IMG/VR virus record: IMGVR_UViG_2579778674_000006
Location: 1-43,605 of that record
Direction: 5' to 3' (one strand)
Length of the DNA: 43,605 nucleotides
From: a virus
Lineage: Duplodnaviria > Heunggongvirae > Uroviricota > Caudoviricetes
Position numbers and translations under genes: made by a program
Notes under the pieces: generated by a model
What the model was told of the DNA's origin: nothing
Database searches by the model: none
Seen by the model: only the letters and a program-made list of their open reading frames with translations
Shown: in pieces, positions 29,710-43,605 of the stretch
Layout: each line of letters starts with the position of its first letter
How positions within the stretch are numbered: the stretch's first letter is position 1

Positions 29710-30124
29710 CAAATATGAATTTAGACGACAGCAACTCATCAAAATTCGTGATGAGAAATGCGATGGTAAAGCGGTTAACGTGGCCAGAAAGATCGGGCGC
29801 GAGCCTTCTTATGTATCAAGAATGTTGTACCCAGAGGGGAAAAAGGGAAAAAAACGGATCGCTGATGATATGGTGGAGATTATCGAAGAGTCCTTTGGGT
29901 TACCCCGGGGATGGATGGATGGTATCGTTTCATCATCAACGAACACAGCCTCCAGTTATGAAACAAGGGTTCTAACGCCACGACAACGTATTTTTTTAGA
30001 TCTCTTAGACGAACTGCCAGAAAGTGAAGCGGATAACTTATTAAAAACTCTTGAAGAGAAAAAACAGTATTACAATATGATCTACGAAGAAATCCGTAAA
30101 AAGAAAGCACAAAACGCATCATAG
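29705..30124 (+). CDS. Prophage repressor (RacR-like)
   Basis: 139-aa ORF divergent from the cro-like gene; N-terminal HTH-like region (VARKIGREPSYVSRML). Confidence 0.65.
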   Translation: MDKYEFRRQQLIKIRDEKCDGKAVNVARKIGREPSYVSRMLYPEGKKGKKRIADDMVEIIEESFGLPRGWMDGIVSSSTNTASSYETRVLTPRQRIFLDLLDELPESEADNLLKTLEEKKQYYNMIYEEIRKKKAQNAS

Positions 30125-30166
30125 CTCACCAAACAACTAGTCACCAGTTAAGACACCGCAAAAAGT

Positions 30167-30203
30167 TACCCATGGGTATTTACTTTTTAAATACCTATGG
30201 GTA
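30167..30203. promoter_or_regulatory. Candidate operator pair upstream of the leftward early operon
   Basis: Perfect palindrome tacccatgggta (30167-30178) and near-palindrome tacctatgggta (30192-30203), centres 25 bp apart. Confidence 0.5.
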
Positions 30204-30389
30204 TCCTTCTTTTCATACCAACCCACCCCGCCCCACAGAATGCAGGGCAATACTTCGAGTTACCAGGCAGTGGTCAGGGGTTAAGTAGCCAGCCCGAGGC
30301 GTAAGAACATGACGGCAGGGTTCAACTTTAATAACTATGCAGCAGGTTTTTGTTCCGCTACCCCGGCGTTAAGGGGAAATGAGGTCAGC

Positions 30390-30545
30390 ATGGATACTAT
30401 CGATCTTGGCAACAACGAATCTCTGGTGTACGGCGTGTTTCCCAACCAGGACGGCACGTTCACCGCGATGACGTATACCAAAAGCAAAACGTTTAAAACC
30501 GAAAATGGTGCCCGTCGCTGGCTGGAAAGAAACTCAGGTGAGTGA
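30390..30545 (+). CDS. Small early protein
   Basis: ORF 30309..30545; likely start at ATG 30390 after the RBS GAGGT (MDTIDLGNNESLVYGVFPNQDGTFTAMTYTK...). Confidence 0.5.
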   Translation: MDTIDLGNNESLVYGVFPNQDGTFTAMTYTKSKTFKTENGARRWLERNSGE

Positions 30546-30674
30546 TATGGATTTCGACACAATCATGGAAAAGGCTTACGAAGAATACTTCGAAGACCTT
30601 GCCGAAGGCGAAGAAGCTCTCAGCTTCAGTGAGTTTAAACAGGCGCTTTCCAGCTCGGCAAAATCTAACGGCTG
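30546..30674 (+). CDS. Small acidic protein (42 aa), translationally coupled
   Basis: ATG at 30546 directly follows the preceding stop (TGA 30543-30545); RBS AGGTGAG; MDFDTIMEKAYEEYFEDLAEGEEALSFSEFKQALSSSAKSNG; below the ORF-track size cutoff. Confidence 0.45.
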
Positions 30675-30704
30675 ATAAGCGAAGTAGCACCGCGAGGAAT
30701 CAGT

Positions 30705-30923
30705 ATGCAGAAACGAGAACCCGTCATAATCGCGCCAGACTATACCGATGATGAACTTTATGAGTGGATGCGCCAGAAAATTAATGCAGCGCAGGATCTG
30801 AAATGGGCTAATGAAGCCAGGGCTAAGCAGGCTGAAAATCTGTCCGCTCTGGAGCAGGATATCACCAATCTGGAAAAAGCAGCGGCATTAAGCATTGCCA
30901 GAATGATTACATACCCGCGTTAA
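30705..30923 (+). CDS. Small early protein
   Basis: 72-aa ORF with RBS GAGGAA. Confidence 0.5.
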   Translation: MQKREPVIIAPDYTDDELYEWMRQKINAAQDLKWANEARAKQAENLSALEQDITNLEKAAALSIARMITYPR

Positions 30924-30924
30924 T

Positions 30925-31490
30925 AGCTAACCAACGAAGCTAAGGTTGGTAATTAAGGAGTTCTCCACGGGTGAGGTGGAGTGCGTGCGCCGGACACGGG
31001 TGAGCATCCGGCACTGACAGTTTACTGAAAGGATATTTCCCTGAAAAGTCAGACCATAACGCGAAAGCGCACGGCGAGGTAGCTGGTTCATAGATAGCCT
31101 GTCGTTAAATTTTCGTCGACCGTGCGCTTCCGGTTGTGGCACTCCGCGAAATGGCGCGGCGGTAAGTATGGCGGGGTTATTCCTTCCCCGTTGAGGACAC
31201 CGGGTTGTCAGGTTGACCATACGCTTAAGTGACAACCCCGCTGCAACGCCCTCTGTTATCAATTTTCTGGTGACGTTTGGCGGTATCAGTTTTACTCCGT
31301 GACTGCTCTGCCGCCCTTTTTAAAGTGAATTTTGTGATGCGGTGAATGCGGCTAAGCGCACGCGGAACAGTTAAAACCAAAAACAGTGTTATGGGTGGAT
31401 TCTCTGTATCCGGCGTTAATTGTTAACTGGTTAACGTCACCTGGAGGCACCAGGCACCGCATCACAAAACTCATTGTTGAGGGCGCGATA
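30925..31490. other. ORF-free, GC-rich, self-complementary segment: candidate structured RNA or regulatory region
   Basis: No credible ORF on either strand; several mutually complementary segments (gccgga/tccggc, cgtgcgc/gcgcacg, ggagtgc/gcactcc, ggttgtca/tgacaacc). Confidence 0.4.
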
Positions 31491-31679
31491 ATGAAAACGT
31501 TATTACCAAACGTTAATACGTCTGAAGGTTGTTTTGAAATTGGTGTCACTATCAGTAATCCTGTATTTACTGAAGATGCCATTAACAAAAGAAAACACGA
31601 ACGGGAGTTATTAAATAAAGTATGCATTGTTTCAATGCTGGCCCGTTTACGTCTGATGCCAAAAGGATGTGCACAATGA
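31491..31679 (+). CDS. Small early protein (62 aa)
   Basis: Start inside ORF 31386..31679 at MKTLLPNVNTSEGCFEIG...; its stop overlaps the next start (ATGA). Confidence 0.55.
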   Translation: MKTLLPNVNTSEGCFEIGVTISNPVFTEDAINKRKHERELLNKVCIVSMLARLRLMPKGCAQ

Positions 31680-31867
31680 ATCCAGTATTTGCACTTATTC
31701 TGACGGTTTTTCTTGTTTCCGGAGAGCCAGTTGATATTGCAGTCAGTGTTCACAGAACAAAGCAGGAATGTATGGCAGCAGCAACCGAACAGAAAATTCC
31801 AGGCAACTGTTATCCGGTCGATAAAGTTATTCACCAGGATAATAACGAAATCCCGGCAGGATTTTAA
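31676..31867 (+). CDS. Small early protein (63 aa) with N-terminal hydrophobic segment
   Basis: Start inside ORF 31622..31867 at MNPVFALILTVFLVSGEPV...; translationally coupled to the upstream gene. Confidence 0.55.
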   Translation: MNPVFALILTVFLVSGEPVDIAVSVHRTKQECMAAATEQKIPGNCYPVDKVIHQDNNEIPAGF

Positions 31868-31960
31868 AACAGCACCGTAATAAATATCCAGTTTCATTCT
31901 TATATGTCAGCAATGGCAGAGATTTGTTCACCCTTAAATCTGTGATGAGGTTTACCAATA

Positions 31961-34402
31961 ATGAGCACTGATAAAGAAGAATTTGCACTATATTGCGAAG
32001 CAAAAAATGACAAAGTAAGAAAACGCCTGGGAATTAAAGGTGGTTTTTACTGGACTACAGCAAAAAAATTATCTGTTGCAATCTCCCGCTGCATTACCGC
32101 AATGGATGACAACGATTATGATGAAGACGACTTTAAAAAACCCGTCCGCGTCAATTTGCCCGTTGTTGACGACCTTCCGCCAGAAGGCGTGTTTGATACT
32201 GAATTCTGCAACCGCTATGAAAAAGGCGGGAAAGATGGCATCACAATGACATTTATCGGCCCTTCCCCCTCTGTTCAGGACAAACCAGCCAGCACTGACA
32301 ATACCAACATCAACGGCGAAGACATGACTGAGATTGAGGAGAGCATGCTTCTGCCTGTCTCCGGTCAGGAACTGCCCATTCGTTGGCTTGCTCAACACGG
32401 CAGCGAAAAACCAGTAACGCACGTTTCACGCGACGAACTCCAGGCATTACACATTGCACGGGCTGAAGAACTACCGGCTGTTACTGCCCTGGCTATTTCG
32501 CATAAAACCAGTCTGCTCGACTCGCTGGAGATTCGCGACCTCCACAAACTGGTTCGTGACACTGACAAAGTTTTCCCTAATCCTGGTAATTCAGACCTGG
32601 GACTAATAACTGCTTTTTTCGAAGCATACCTGGACGCTGACTACACTGATCGGGGTCTGCTGACAAAAGAGTGGATGAAAGGAAATCGTGTTTCACGCAT
32701 CACCCGCACGGCTTCCGGTGCTAATGCTGGCGGTGGGAACAAAACCGATCGCAATCCGAATTTAGTACACACCCTCGACACACTGGATGTGGAGATTGCA
32801 GCAGCCACACTTCCGATGGATTTTAATATTTATGAAATTCCGGGCAGCGTTTATCGTCGCGCAAAAGAAGTAGTCCTGAACAAAGAAAGTCCGTTCAAAG
32901 AATGGTCCGCAGCACTTCGTGCAACCCCGGGTATTCTGGACTATTCCCGCGCCGCTATTTTTGCACTTATCCGAAGCGCACACCCTGAATTTTATCACTA
33001 CCCGGGACGCCTTCAGGGGTATATCAACGCCTATTTGACGGAAACTGATCACGAGAACCCCAGCAAGGAAACTCTCACAGCTGCCCGGCATACGCCGGAA
33101 AAAGATATCCTGGAAGAAATTAACCGCGAGGTGGTTACTGAGCGTGAAACAGAAGAAGAAAAACCACAACCATCTGACGCAATGGCAGGTGAACAGGCAA
33201 CAACTGAAACAATGGAACCGGATACAACTGAACATGGCCAGAACGCGCAGTCGCTGGATGCTCAGTCGCAGGTGAGTTCCGCTAACCAAGTAAAAGTCAC
33301 CGCTGACGAAGTAAACAAAATTATGCAGGCAGCCAATATCAGCCAGCCTGACGCCGATAAGTTACTTGCTGTATCGCGTGGTGAATTTGTTGAGGGGATT
33401 AGCGACCCTAATGATCCGAAATGGGTCAAGGGGATCCAGACTCGCGATTCTGTGAACCAGAACCAGCATGAATCGGAACGGAACGACCAAAAAGCGGAAC
33501 AAAACAGCCCAAATGCGTTACAAAACGAGCCAGAAACGAAACAATCCGAACCAGTAGCGCAACAGGAACCGGAAAAAGTCTGCACCGCCTGCGGTCAGAG
33601 CGGTGGCGGCAACTGCCCTGATTGTGGCGCGGTGATGGGCGACGCAACATACCAGGAAACATTCGATGAAGAGAATCAGGTTGAAGTTCAGGAAAATGAT
33701 CCGGAGGAAATGGAAGGCGCTGAACATCCACACAAGGAGAACCCTGGCGGCAATCAGCATCACGCCAGCGATAATAAAACTGGCGAGACGGCAGATCACT
33801 CAATTAAGGTGAACGGTCATCACGAAATCACATCCACCAGCAGGACGTGTGACCATCTAATGATCGACCTTGAAACCATGGGAAAAAATCCTGATGCCCC
33901 GATCATCTCAATAGGTGCAATATTTTTCGATCCGCAAACCGGAGATATGGGACCGGAATTTAGTAAGACTATCGATCTGGAAACTGCTGGCGGAGTCATT
34001 GATCGGGACACCATTAAATGGTGGCTTAAGCAATCACGCGAAGCGCAATCTGCCATTATGACCGATGAAATCCCGTTAGATGATGCACTGTTACAATTGC
34101 GGGAATTTATCGACGAAAACTCCGGTGAATTTTTTGTTCAGGTCTGGGGAAATGGAGCCAACTTCGACAACACGATTTTGCGCCGTTCATACGAACGGCA
34201 GGGGATCCCCTGCCCGTGGCGTTACTACAACGATCGCGATGTACGCACAATCGTTGAGCTGGGGAAAGCCATAGACTTCGATGCCAGAACGGCTATTCCA
34301 TTCGAAGGTGAGCGCCATAATGCACTTGATGACGCTCGTTACCAGGCAAAATACGTTTCAGCTATCTGGCAAAAACTGATCCCGAATCAGGCTGATTTTT
34401 AA
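31961..34402 (+). CDS. RecE-like exonuclease fusion with C-terminal DnaQ-like (DEDDh) 3'-5' exonuclease domain
   Basis: 813-aa ORF; N-terminal region resembles the Rac RecE N-terminus as I recall it; acidic linker; zinc-ribbon-like CTACG...CPDCG; C-terminus carries [12 protein letters not shown] and HNALDDARY motifs. Confidence 0.75.
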   Translation: MSTDKEEFALYCEAKNDKVRKRLGIKGGFYWTTAKKLSVAISRCITAMDDNDYDEDDFKKPVRVNLPVVDDLPPEGVFDTEFCNRYEKGGKDGITMTFIGPSPSVQDKPASTDNTNINGEDMTEIEESMLLPVSGQELPIRWLAQHGSEKPVTHVSRDELQALHIARAEELPAVTALAISHKTSLLDSLEIRDLHKLVRDTDKVFPNPGNSDLGLITAFFEAYLDADYTDRGLLTKEWMKGNRVSRITRTASGANAGGGNKTDRNPNLVHTLDTLDVEIAAATLPMDFNIYEIPGSVYRRAKEVVLNKESPFKEWSAALRATPGILDYSRAAIFALIRSAHPEFYHYPGRLQGYINAYLTETDHENPSKETLTAARHTPEKDILEEINREVVTERETEEEKPQPSDAMAGEQATTETMEPDTTEHGQNAQSLDAQSQVSSANQVKVTADEVNKIMQAANISQPDADKLLAVSRGEFVEGISDPNDPKWVKGIQTRDSVNQNQHESERNDQKAEQNSPNALQNEPETKQSEPVAQQEPEKVCTACGQSGGGNCPDCGAVMGDATYQETFDEENQVEVQENDPEEMEGAEHPHKENPGGNQHHASDNKTGETADHSIKVNGHHEITSTSRTCDHLMIDLETMGKNPDAPIISIGAIFFDPQTGDMGPEFSKTIDLETAGGVIDRDTIKWWLKQSREAQSAIMTDEIPLDDALLQLREFIDENSGEFFVQVWGNGANFDNTILRRSYERQGIPCPWRYYNDRDVRTIVELGKAIDFDARTAIPFEGERHNALDDARYQAKYVSAIWQKLIPNQADF

Positions 34403-34460
34403 TGTTCAACCCTAATTGCCGCTAACCGTATATAGTTAGCGGCGGTTATGAGATATAGCT

Positions 34461-34664
34461 ATGAGCAGCTTATTTTTAACCGAAGATGAATTGCTAATAT
34501 TAACGGGCTGCAAATATGCAAGCCACCAGCGAAAATGGTTAATGGAAAACGGGCTTCCGTTCTATACCAATCGTAGTGGCAAACCGATTGTCAGCCGGGA
34601 TCTATTTACCTGCAATAAAACTTTACCACCACGCGAGGTAGAGCCGAATTTTGGTGCGATCTGA
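34461..34664 (+). CDS. xis: Excisionase-like protein
   Basis: 67-aa ORF immediately upstream of and overlapping the integrase start. Confidence 0.6.
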   Translation: MSSLFLTEDELLILTGCKYASHQRKWLMENGLPFYTNRSGKPIVSRDLFTCNKTLPPREVEPNFGAI

Positions 34665-35689
34665 TGGGAAGACGAAGGAAAAATCCTGAACACGAAAAAT
34701 TACCTCCAAATGTATACCCAAATAAATATAGTTATGTATGGAAACCAACATCCAGAGAATCTGTCACACTAACCGCCATCAAGGATGGTTTAGCTGCTTT
34801 ATGGAAAAAGTATGAGGAAACTGTAAATAATCGCGATCGTGCAATGACATTCGGTCGCTTGTGGGAAAAATTCCTCGCCAGCGCCTATTACAGTGACCTT
34901 AGTCCAAGAACACAAAAAGATTATCTGCAACATCAAAAAAAGTTGCTTGCCGTATTCGGTAAGGTACCAGCGGATTCCATAAAACCAGAACACATCCGTC
35001 GATACATGGACAAAAGAGGGGAGCAGAGTAAAACGCAAGCCAACCATGAAAAAAGCAGTATGTCCCGTGTTTACAGTTGGGGGTATGAGCGAGGGTACGT
35101 GAAGGCTAACCCATGTGCAGGTGTAAGTAAATTCAAGGCCAAAAACCGCGAACGATATGTAACCGACAAAGAATACCAGGCAGTATTAAGCGTTGCACCT
35201 CTTCCTGTTTTTATCGCAATGGAAATTGCCTATCTGTGTGCAGCGAGGGTTTCCGATGTGTTATCGCTGAAATGGGAACAGATTGGAAACGACGGGATAT
35301 TCATCCAGCAAGGGAAAACCGGAAAAAAACAGATAAAAGCATGGAGTCCACGATTACAGGCAGCGATCGAAAAAGCAAAACAGTTACCAAAATCTGCCTA
35401 TGTGATCAGCAATCAATACGGCAACCGATATATGTACAAAGGCTTTAACGAAATGTGGGTAGATGCAAGAAATCGTGCTGGAAAAATTTCAGGTATTTTA
35501 ACCGACTTCACCTTTCATGATCTGAAGGCGAAAGGAATTTCAGACTATGAAGGAAGCAGCCGGGATAAGCAACTTTTCTCTGGTCACAAAACCGAAGGGC
35601 AAGTGCTAATCTATGACAGGAAGGTTAAAGTTTCACCAACACTTGATGTCCCGTTACCTGAAAATATTCCAAGAAAATATTCCAAGTAA
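34664..35689 (+). CDS. int: Tyrosine integrase
   Basis: 341-aa ORF with C-terminal catalytic-type motifs (FTFHDLKAKGIS ... LIYDRK); adjacent to the tRNA-Ser 3' end. Confidence 0.9.
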   Translation: MGRRRKNPEHEKLPPNVYPNKYSYVWKPTSRESVTLTAIKDGLAALWKKYEETVNNRDRAMTFGRLWEKFLASAYYSDLSPRTQKDYLQHQKKLLAVFGKVPADSIKPEHIRRYMDKRGEQSKTQANHEKSSMSRVYSWGYERGYVKANPCAGVSKFKAKNRERYVTDKEYQAVLSVAPLPVFIAMEIAYLCAARVSDVLSLKWEQIGNDGIFIQQGKTGKKQIKAWSPRLQAAIEKAKQLPKSAYVISNQYGNRYMYKGFNEMWVDARNRAGKISGILTDFTFHDLKAKGISDYEGSSRDKQLFSGHKTEGQVLIYDRKVKVSPTLDVPLPENIPRKYSK

Positions 35690-35741
35690 TTCCAAGTGTG
35701 ATTTTTGTCACTGACTTAATGATGTGTAAGTGATTGAATTT

Positions 35742-35831
35742 TGGCGGAGAGAGGGGGATTTGAACCCCCGGTGGAGTTGCCCCCACTCCGGTTTTCGAGA
35801 CCGGTCCGTTCAGCCGCTCCGGCATCTCTCC
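35742..35831 (-). tRNA. serU: tRNA-Ser (anticodon CGA), serU-like; prophage attachment site at its 3' end
   Basis: 90-nt class II tRNA GGAGAGATGCCGGAGCGGCTGAACGGACCGGTCTCGAAAACCGG...GGGGGTTCAAATCCCCCTCTCTCCGCCA. Confidence 0.9.
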
Positions 35832-35924
35832 GTTCAGATGGTTGCCATGATGCCAGGAAATTTGGCATTTTAACAGTCCCTGTCCGTGCAATTTTGTTCA
35901 AGTGACGAGTTTGCGAGCAAAACG

Positions 35925-36722
35925 ATGATTAAGTGGCCCTGGAAAGTACAAGAATCAGCACATCAAACTGCCCTTCCCTGGCAGGAAGCACTATCGATCC
36001 CCCTTTTAACGTGTCTGACGGAACAGGAACAAAGCAAATTAGTCACTCTTGCCGAACGTTTTTTACAGCAAAAGCGGCTTGTTCCTTTACAGGGCTTTGA
36101 ACTGGATTCATTAAGAAGCTGCCGGATAGCACTTCTATTTTGCCTACCCGTTCTGGAGTTAGGACTGGAATGGCTGGATGGTTTTCATGAAGTCTTAATT
36201 TATCCTGCGCCATTTGTGGTCGATGATGAATGGGAAGACGATATCGGTCTGGTGCATAACCAACGTATTGTTCAGTCAGGTCAGAGCTGGCAGCAAGGGC
36301 CTATCGTTTTGAACTGGTTGGATATACAAGATTCTTTTGATGCTTCTGGTTTTAACCTGATTATTCATGAAGTCGCTCATAAGCTGGACACCCGTAACGG
36401 CGATCGCGCCAGCGGAGTTCCCTTTATTCCGTTGCGTGAGGTTGCTGGCTGGGAACACGATCTTCATGCTGCAATGAACAACATTCAGGAAGAAATCGAA
36501 TTGGTTGGCGAGAATGCGGCGAGCATTGATGCTTATGCTGCCAGTGATCCTGCTGAATGTTTTGCCGTACTTTCTGAATATTTCTTTAGCGCCCCAGAAC
36601 TTTTTGCTCCTCGTTTCCCTTCATTGTGGCAACGTTTCTGCCAATTTTATCAACAAGATCCTTTGCAGAGACTGCATCGCACTAATGATACAGACTCGTT
36701 TTCGGCGACGAATGTTCATTAA
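35925..36722 (+). CDS. mtfA: MtfA (Mlc titration factor A, zinc peptidase)
   Basis: Starts [28 protein letters not shown] inside ORF 35886..36722; HEVAH zinc-binding motif; chromosomal position next to asnT. Confidence 0.9.
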
Positions 36723-36775
36723 TTAACAACCTTGCAGATTAATTAACCAATTGAAATGACTTATGAAATTTAGTG

Positions 36776-36804
36776 TTGACAGACAAGGTACCGCTAAGTA
36801 ATAT
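36776..36804 (+). promoter_or_regulatory. Sigma70-type promoter of tRNA-Asn
   Basis: TTGACA (36776-36781), 17-bp spacer, TAATAT (36799-36804), about 18 bp before the tRNA 5' end. Confidence 0.65.
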
Positions 36805-36822
36805 GCGCCCCGTTCACACGAT

Positions 36823-36898
36823 TCCTCTGTAGTTCAGTCGGTAGAACGGCGGACTGTTAATCCGTATGTCACTGGTTCGAGTCCAGTCAGAGGAGCCA
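36823..36898 (+). tRNA. asnT: tRNA-Asn (anticodon GUU)
   Basis: 76 nt TCCTCTGTAGTTCAGTCGGTAGAACGGCGGACTGTTAATCCGTATGTCACTGGTTCGAGTCCAGTCAGAGGAGCCA. Confidence 0.95.
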
Positions 36899-36987
36899 AA
36901 TTCTAAAAATTCGCTTTTTTAGCGCAATGTCACTGACCTTAGTTGAACATTGTTTTTTAACGGATAGCGGGTTTTTAACATCTTAAG

Positions 36988-37019
36988 CGCCCTCGACCTT
37001 TATGGTTGAGGGCGTTTTG
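36988..37019 (+). terminator. Intrinsic terminator downstream of tRNA-Asn
   Basis: CGCCCTCGACC-TTTAT-GGTTGAGGGCG followed by TTTTGC. Confidence 0.55.
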
Positions 37020-37211
37020 CTATGAACGCCATCACCATTTTCCCCTCGATTATAAAACTTGAGTTATTCAGTAGTCTCCCCTCTTACAACTCACACTCAA
37101 AACTGCCTAACGAAAAGTTATTAATTTTCAATCATATTGCTATCAGGATTTACATTTTTTCGCTGTGCTAGAAAGGGCGCATTTATGTTAGCTCGTTCAG
37201 GGAAGGTAAGC

Positions 37212-43549
<6,338 letters not shown>

Positions 43550-43605
43550 GGTGATGCTGCCAACTTACTGATTTAGTGTATGATGGTGTTTTTGAGGTGC
43601 TCCAG
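43550..43605. mobile_element. IS1 terminus (partial, continues past the window end)
   Basis: GGTGATGCTGCCAACTTACTGATTTAGTGTATGATGGTGTTTTTGAGGTGCTCCAG matches the IS1 terminal inverted repeat and adjacent sequence as I recall it. Confidence 0.8.

Noticed and set aside
30927-31262. 111-aa minus-strand ORF inside the structured intergenic segment
   Set aside because: Arg-rich low-complexity translation, no RBS, wrong orientation for the operon; best explained as a chance open frame in GC-rich non-coding DNA.
31352-31897. 181-aa minus-strand ORF
   Set aside because: Overlaps two plus-strand small genes that have RBSs and translational coupling; translation is Cys/Phe/Asn-rich and low complexity.
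32762-33803. Minus-strand ORFs (175, 107, 125, 93 aa) inside the exonuclease gene
   Set aside because: Antisense to a well-supported 813-aa gene; low-complexity translations driven by the acidic linker region.

Overview
This window is about 35.7 kb of a lambdoid prophage (positions 1 to ~35,740) followed by ~7.9 kb of Escherichia/Shigella-type chromosome. The prophage is integrated next to the 3' end of a tRNA-Ser (serU-like) and its late genes run on the minus strand: lambda-like tail genes (J, I, K, L, M, H, G/GT, V, U-like), an HK97-type head module (major capsid, prohead protease, portal), terminase large and small subunits, an HNH endonuclease, and a pinholin / SAR-endolysin / Rz-Rz1 lysis cassette. 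Upstream of these lie four phage tRNAs, a Q-like late regulator, RusA, a YdfU-like protein, an AT-rich cargo stretch with a lipoprotein and a Hok toxin, a replication gene with internal iterons, a Rac-like immunity switch, a RecE-like/DEDDh exonuclease fusion, xis and int. Host genes after the prophage are mtfA, tRNA-Asn and a decayed yeeJ adhesin gene that ends in an IS1 terminus at the window edge. I found no CRISPR array, rRNA, or recognisable multi-gene defence system. The features most worth follow-up are an inverted-duplication scar inside J, a ~560-bp ORF-free self-complementary segment in the early region, two AT-rich moron blocks of unknown function, and a family of 12-bp TACCYNNNGGTA operator candidates. 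All family assignments rest on reading the translations and on recollection of known proteins; no database search was run.
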